A DNA stretch of 62,957 nt, filler included, from Intoshia linei (lineage: Eukaryota; Animalia; Orthonectida), in the NCBI GenBank assembly GCA_001642005.1. It is 6 parts of 6 records of this genome, joined end to end, with 100 filler letters (N's around TTAATTAATTAA, not from the genome) between each part and the next. Parts side by side here need not be neighbours in the genome. Positions count along the whole stretch, not along the records: positions 54,214 to 57,902 come from LWCA01002049.1; positions 58,003 to 62,957 come from LWCA01001849.1; 4 more parts are not named here. One strand, written 5' to 3'. Position 1 is the stretch's first letter, and each line of letters starts with the position of its first letter. The translations under genes were made by a program, and so were the position numbers. Below, one piece after another: positions 56,203-62,957 of this stretch. The notes under the pieces are model-generated. The model was given only the letters and a program-made list of their open reading frames with translations. It was not told the DNA's origin and did not search any database.

Positions 56203-56606
56203 CTAGGTTAACTGTTATGTACTACGTACAAACAGCACCTAGCTCTGCCAAGGGCACATTTTTATTGTACCAAAAAAATAAATTTATGTTGAAAATCTAA
56301 CTTAAAAATTCTATTATTCACTTTTATCAATCCTTTAAAAGAGTGGTTCCCAACTTGTTTCAGGTGGAACCGTCATATCACATTACTTTTTACTTTAAAA
56401 TGAAAACACCGGGTTGAAATTTTGTATTTATATCATGTGGAATAAGCTCTATCAGAATAATTTTTTTTTTAATTTTCGGACGGTCAATTAATTCACATTT
56501 TATTAAATGTGGACTTTATAAAATTCTAAGACTGGTAGTAATGGAAATAAAATGAAACACACACTCACACCAACAAATATTGCGTAGCATATTATATAAG
56601 TAAGGA
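56203..56606 (-). mobile_element. Complete 404-bp non-autonomous Helitron-like element
   Basis: Minus strand reads A|TCCTTACTTATATAATATGCTACGC ... CTGTTTGTAC-GTA-GTACATAACAG (hairpin) TTAACCTAG|T. Inserted in an AT dinucleotide with no TSD or TIR. Confidence 0.85.
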
Positions 56607-56887
56607 TTAACCTTCCTACGATATGGTTTATAGGTTTGTAAACCACAACTTATGAATTTATAAACATCAACAAACATGTATTTAGTAATGTAAAAAATAA
56701 TGGCTTATTTTAGTGTTCTTGTTTAAAAAAAAAAAAAATTGAATTCGAAAGACACAGTATAGATTATTATGGTGAAAACTGGAGAAGGTGTACCGTAACA
56801 AAGAAAACCACCAATAAACAAATTCTGGAACAAACTGAATCGGAATATAAATTTTTCGTAAGCATAGAAAAGTTAAATAAATCTTTA

Positions 56888-57823
56888 ATGAGAAACAATG
56901 ATATACTAGATTCAAAAATGCAATTAAATCAAGAGCATGGCGATACATTAAACACGTGGAATAACGTAATGGTAATGAAAATGCAAAAAGTGGTCAAACT
57001 GACAAAGGAATTATTAGAAAACGAAAACTTTGCAAATTATTCAAAAACAGACGCTAAAAATAGTCTAATAAAAATGAAGAGTTGTATAAATTTAAATGAT
57101 TTGCAAAGCATTAACGAAAATCGTAGATTGAACAACGAAAATATCATAATAAATGGAAACGATAAAAGTGCAAAAGATAAGTGCACTACAATCACTACCC
57201 CAAAAACTATTAAATACAAGCCATTTAAAAGTAATAGATCAATGCGATCCAATAAATCATTAAAATCTAATAAATCTCATAAAATTTCAATTTCTGAATC
57301 AAGCTATTCTAAAAACACGGAGGATGATGTAATTAAAAAGATTAATAGGATTTCAGAAAAAATTGTAAAATCATTTTTAACGTTTAGAAAGTTACAAATT
57401 CCTAAATTAAATAATATCATACAATCAAAATATTCTTTGGATAATATTAATCAAATTATATCAAAGGAAATTAGAATATGTTTTTTAAATATCGAGCAAG
57501 TTAAATCCGATGATTATTTTACCACATATATTTATAAAAAATCTACTAAAGCTGTCATGTGGGATACAACCAAATTTGAATATGTTCGACCTGAACATGT
57601 TGACAATTCATATGACAATTTTGTACCGAAACTTGCTTTTAAACCTAATGATCATTGTGAAAGTTATTATAATTGGAAAAACTTAAATTTCGATAAACAT
57701 CCTTATCGACTTGAATACCAAAACATGAATTTAAATAGTATTGTTGATCAGTACAAAAATAATTATTTATTCTCTTCTCATCAAAATAAAACGTATAGTA
57801 AATATTTTATTTTTACTAGATAG
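56888..57823 (+). CDS. Unidentified protein-coding exon (311-codon ORF), Lys/Ser/Asn-rich
   Basis: Long uninterrupted ORF in very AT-rich DNA, with an SNRSMRSNKSLKSNKSHK triplet-repeat tract. Probably one exon of a spliced gene. No family recognised. Confidence 0.6.
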   Translation: MRNNDILDSKMQLNQEHGDTLNTWNNVMVMKMQKVVKLTKELLENENFANYSKTDAKNSLIKMKSCINLNDLQSINENRRLNNENIIINGNDKSAKDKCTTITTPKTIKYKPFKSNRSMRSNKSLKSNKSHKISISESSYSKNTEDDVIKKINRISEKIVKSFLTFRKLQIPKLNNIIQSKYSLDNINQIISKEIRICFLNIEQVKSDDYFTTYIYKKSTKAVMWDTTKFEYVRPEHVDNSYDNFVPKLAFKPNDHCESYYNWKNLNFDKHPYRLEYQNMNLNSIVDQYKNNYLFSSHQNKTYSKYFIFTR

Positions 57824-58674
57824 TTTGTTTTGTACTGCGGACAATATGGTTGGTAATACTGTTGCGGCTTTGTTGAAAGAAAATTTTTTCTGTGTTATCT
57901 GTNNNNNNNNNNNNNNNNNNNNNNNNNNNNNNNNNNNNNNNNNNNNTTAATTAATTAANNNNNNNNNNNNNNNNNNNNNNNNNNNNNNNNNNNNNNNNNN
58001 NNTATATATTATATGTTAAATTCAAATATAGTAAATGTAAATTTAACTTAAATTTAAAAATCCATATTTACAAAACTTTTTGAATTAATAATAACAAATA
58101 TTCATTTTTCATTACCAATAAACTGTTCGAATAAAAAAATCATGAAACATCTTTTGTATTTTTCAAAGAATATGGATTCATAAAAATGTAACACAGATGT
58201 TCCAATGCCAAATTTACATACAAATATAAAACAAAATAGAATTGTTATTTTTATCGTTCACTTCAACAACTTTGTAGAATCTCCTTTTATTTCAGCTGTA
58301 ATTAATCTCACTTAGAAGAGACACCGATTAAATATTATTAATCGAGGAAACCAGTAATTAAATCTAACTAATTTGAAACCGCATATGAAAAATTTCTGCG
58401 AATTATGAAGTTGAAGGTTCCCATGAACCAATATGTAAATAAATAAATTGAATAAATAAATAATGACAAGAATTTTAATTATTATTTTAAACTTTGTATT
58501 ATTAAATTCTTATTTAATTCATCGATTTCATTACAGCAATACTTTGGAACAGTATTACATATTAAATGTTAATATAATGTATTTGTTTATATCAATAAAA
58601 AAAATTTCTCTTAAAAGATGGCAGGAACTAAATTTCTTTAAATTTTTATTTTAAATTAATATATTAAAATGTAC

Positions 58675-60725
58675 CTCTTTTTCATATTGACTCAAAATTT
58701 CGTTAAATTTGCTCGACATTTGTCGATTGATAGATTCACGTGATTTAATATGACGGAACCTCAATAAAAGGTCAAATGCACCTTCAGCTGATCTCAAACA
58801 TTGGAATGATTCATCTATAAATCGAATTGCTTCTCCTTCAATAGATACAACTTCACTGTTTAAATTATCCATCACTTCTTTCCATTTCAATTTGTATTTA
58901 ATATCAAATGCATCGAAAGGTATCTAATTTACAAAATATTATTATAAACTACTTATAATCAAATTTAAACAAAAACTACAACAACGACTACTAAAAGTAA
59001 TACAAATTTTTTATTATGATTTTGATATTTATTAAAATCGTTTGCAATATTAATAAAATTCGTTAAAATATGTTTATAAAGTGAAGATGCCATTAATTAT
59101 TGATACACAATTGGTATTTATAAGTATTTATTAAATTGGTACTGAATATATATTATCACATTGAAATTGACAAAATACGTTTTTATAATTTTATTTTGCT
59201 GGAATTTATACTATTTATGACAATTTTTAGGATTGGACTGTTTTTACTTTATTTTAATATTATACACACATTTTGTCTAATAAAATTGGACTGTTTTTAC
59301 TTTATTTTTAATATTATACACACATTCTGTCTAATAAAATTAAAAAGTTTTAACTTTATTTTTAATATTATACACACATTCTGTCTAATAAATTAAAAAA
59401 ATGGGATAATAATTATTTTTAAAATTCTTAACGCAAATTTTAACAAAAAACCTTTCCTTTAAAGGATTGATAATAGTAAATAGTATGATTTTTAAGTTAA
59501 ATTTTCAAAATTAATTTATTTTTTTAGTCGAATAAAAATGTGCCCTCGGTAGAGCTAGGTGATTTTTGTACGTAGTACATAACAGTCAACCTATTAATTC
59601 TATAATTTAAGTATATTAAAGTTTTCAGGGATGTAATGAATGGCTCTACCGAAATATAAATTATGTATACACGCACTTTAAAACGTATATTATATAAATT
59701 ATAATATTAATATATAATATATTAATATAGTATACAATTAAATGTCTGTAATTACATTTTTGATTGGAACAACTAAATTATTGACTCTTTCCAATGTTTT
59801 TTCAATCTTTTTAATGTCTCCAGTAACACTCATTAATTCAGGGCCAAAAATATTGTAAAATTCTTCCAATATCTATGGTAATATTAAATTAACATTAAAA
59901 TTAATTATATTTAAATATCGATGTCACATTACACATTTTCAATTAAATATAAAAGTTAAATGTATTTAGCATGTAAATATAGAGTATAAATTAAATGTTT
60001 TCATTATATAATATCAATATTAGTACGAAAAAAACTCCTTAAAGTGTCTATTCCAGCCAGGGTGAAACCTATTAAAACCCTAGCCATATACCACACTTGG
60101 TTGGGGTATGTGGTAGCTAAACGAAATATTTTGTAAAAGAATCATTATTTTTTCAATTATAGCATCTAGAAAAATTATATTTTTTCCCTCTTTTAGTCAT
60201 AACTCGTGACCCTTCATTTAAAAATAAAAATAATACAAAAACCTGTGCAATATTGAACAAATCAGTACAAATGGAACTAGCAAAATCGGTTTTTTCAAAT
60301 AATCGTTTTCGATCAAATTCCCACCGTGAGTCACGCCCACATATTTCAATTTTGGCGCGAGTATCTATAAAATGTATAATAATTCACATGTCAATAAATA
60401 TACAATATATATCACATCTAATTTAAAAAAAAATCAGGGTAAACATATTTTTTGAAAAATATTTGTATTCCTAAAAACTTGTGTAAATAAAAAAAAATTA
60501 AACTATTAATCTATCTTAAGAGAAAACACTTAAAAATGACTACATTGATTTTAAACATAATTATAAGAATTGCATTGATATTTGAAATTTCTACATAACA
60601 ACAATTACCCATATAAGCAGATTTCCACGAATCTAGCGTGGTTCTAGCTTCCAAAGTTTTTCTTTTAATTTCGTGTGGTTTATTACTAACAATAAAAAAA
60701 TAAATAATCAAAATTAATAAAAATT

Positions 60726-60759
<34 letters not shown>

Positions 60760-62411
60760 TAATATCAATGAATATAAAATCGAAATAAATATACTCGAAT
60801 AAATTTCTTATTGTAATGACACGTGTAACACGTTCCAAAATTTCCCAAGCAATTCGCTCCATCAAAGGAATCATTCTATCATCAGTATTATAATGCCTAG
60901 AAATGATCCAGATCATACGAAGTGAGTTCATCAAGGACGGAAGTGTGTCTATAACAGATTGAAAAGAAACTGAATATGTAACATTTTTAAAATTGCGTTC
61001 CAAAGTAGACAAAAACCTAACATTATCATTAGCTTCAACATAATATTTAGAAATTTCACGCATTAATTTATCAAACTTGGTTTGAACATAGGAAGGTTTA
61101 GATTTCAATTTATAAATTTTTAAATTATCATTTTTATTATCAAGTTCCTCAGACTCTGTAGACATGGATCTTGTCAAATACATGTTATATGCTGCAAAAA
61201 TGTGATCAATGTCAGTTCGTTTAAGTTGTTCATATAATGAACTAAATAAAAAGTTTCTTTCTTTCCAATACTCGACTTCAGCCAAAGGGCCATTGCGAGA
61301 TGGTTGGACTTGTTGAAATTTTAATACAGCACCATTTAATTGATTATACCAATTTTCACAGATATCAATCATGAAACTTTTCAATTCATTGTTATCTATA
61401 ATTTCTATTGAAGTTTTTGCTTCAATTAATTTTTCTGGTATGTCTTTTAATTTAACATCACCATCCAATTGATGCGACGTTTGAGACACATTTTGACAAA
61501 ATGTTTGTAAACTTAATAAAAATTCATCTCGAATTACATATCCCCCGGGTTGCATGTCTATGCCTTCAGTTTTTAGTTTGTGGTCAAATTTTATGCTTGC
61601 ACGGCGAGAAGCGTTTTTTAAATCGCTCGTTTCCAATGTTATGTGTTGGTTGTATGATAGAAATGTGGTATATATTTTAGATAGTGTTGGTTGCATTATT
61701 TTTAATAAATCAAAGGTATTTAACAGACCAATTTCTATATTTTCTGGCATAATATCTTGGCATTCATCTTCATTTGATGGTAACTGAATTAGCTTGTCAG
61801 TAGTTCGTACAATGTAAATAATGTAATCATTATCTACATTGCTTATTATATCTTGCAATTCTTTTTCTGCGTTTGATGGTTTAACATTAAAACATTTCAT
61901 ATTTAATGCCACCTTTTCGATTTTCTCCGTTATTATTTTTGTTTTTTTTATATTGGCATCTCCAATAGTAGTTTCATTCATATCTACTTTATTTTCATTA
62001 TTTTCTACACCTTCTTTTGGAATTCCATTCTTTTCTTCAATTTCATTTGATTTTTTAGATTTTTGTGAGTTAATGTCACTAGATTCATTATTCTCAGAGG
62101 TTACATTTTTCTCACTTTCCTTAGATACTTCGTCTATTTAATCATTCATTATATTTGATTATTAAATGTTTAAAATATCTAAAATCTATATTACCTATAG
62201 AAATTTCATATTCCCTTTCTTCTTCATATGTATATTTGGTAAAAAATAAAATTGGTGAAATGTCAGTAGCAGAATCACTTAAAAATTGACAAATACTCAA
62301 TTCTGCTACATCATCGTTTCGGTGAAGTAAATCTTCAAAGCATTCCATTTCAAAGATATCAAAATAGTTGCAAATTTGTTTTGATATCCATTCAATCCTT
62401 AAATCGTCCAT
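58675..62411 (-). CDS. DNAH10: Axonemal dynein heavy chain 10 (inner arm I1/f alpha), N-terminal ~707 aa only; exons 62195-62411, 60795-62133, 60609-60685, 60243-60364, 59756-59872, 58675-58923
   Basis: MDDLRIEW...FEDLLHRNDD N-terminus and DHC_N1 motifs GPLAEVEYWKERN, EANDNVRFLSTLERNFKN, SLMNSLRMIWIISRHYNTDDRMIPLMERIAWEI, GRDSRWEFDRKRLFEKTD, FYNIFGPEL, FIDESFQCLRSAEGAFDLL. Phases consistent. Confidence 0.92.
58975..59594 (+). mobile_element. Helitron-like family 3' part in DNAH10 intron, with an internal ~52-bp unit repeated 3 times
   Basis: Ends GTGCCCTCGGTAGAGCTAGGTG...GTACGTAGTACATAACAGTCAACCTAT. TTTTAATATTATACACACATTCTGTCTAATAAAATT is tandemly repeated at 59230-59400. Confidence 0.75.
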
Positions 62412-62957
62412 ACCGGTTAAATTTTATGGTTTTTTAAATATAATTAAATTGTTTATATATACTTAGAAACAACTTTATATATGTAATGTATTTTTTATTT
62501 TATAAATTGTATATCATTTGGATCATTTGTTTGTTTATAATTTCTCTATAGACAATAAGCGTTAGTATTTTATATTTATACATGTATTCGATATAGTGTG
62601 ATGGGATATAAATATTATTATGGCTATTAAAGACGTAGTCCATTGGTTTTCAAAATAGCGTTTGAGATAGGTTCACAAAAAAATTCTATATCGTCATTAG
62701 ACGTAATTTTGGATCAATTGAAATTTATATAGTAATAGTATTACTTAATTTGTTATAATCATATAATATAATAGAAAACCACCCTTTGCCCACCTCTCGT
62801 ATAACCTATCTATAATAAATTTCGATGATAATAGCCAACACTCAAAAATATTTCTTCTTATTATGTATTTAGTTTGGTGTAGTTTTTCTTTGCGATTCTA
62901 ACGATATAAAACATGTTTGTGGCTTACGTCAGAATAAGACAAAATTTTAAGTTGATT

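Overview
Very AT-rich eukaryotic (animal-like) scaffold with spliced genes (GT-AG introns as short as 36-46 nt) and five assembly gaps padded with an artificial TTAATTAATTAA linker. Genes reconstructed by hand, with exon phases checked: NF-YB (-), an RGS-domain protein (-), a deoxynucleoside kinase (+), a GLUT/SLC2A-type sugar transporter (-), a large SZT2 (KICSTOR subunit) homolog (-, ends uncertain), phosphatidylinositol synthase (+), the 5' ~700 codons of axonemal dynein heavy chain DNAH10 (-), and a few unidentified coding segments. Introns and spacers are packed with decayed transposons: Tc3-like, mariner, several hAT types, a gypsy remnant and many MITEs. The most striking non-annotated structure is a non-autonomous Helitron-like family present in at least 12 fragments. 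It includes one complete 404-bp copy (A|TC...hairpin-CTAG|T) and a head-to-tail junction. The kinase carries an unusual mix of substrate-pocket residues. No prokaryotic-type system (CRISPR, operon) is present. I found no evidence for a wholly new biological system. The compact AT-rich architecture resembles a reduced invertebrate parasite genome (inference only).
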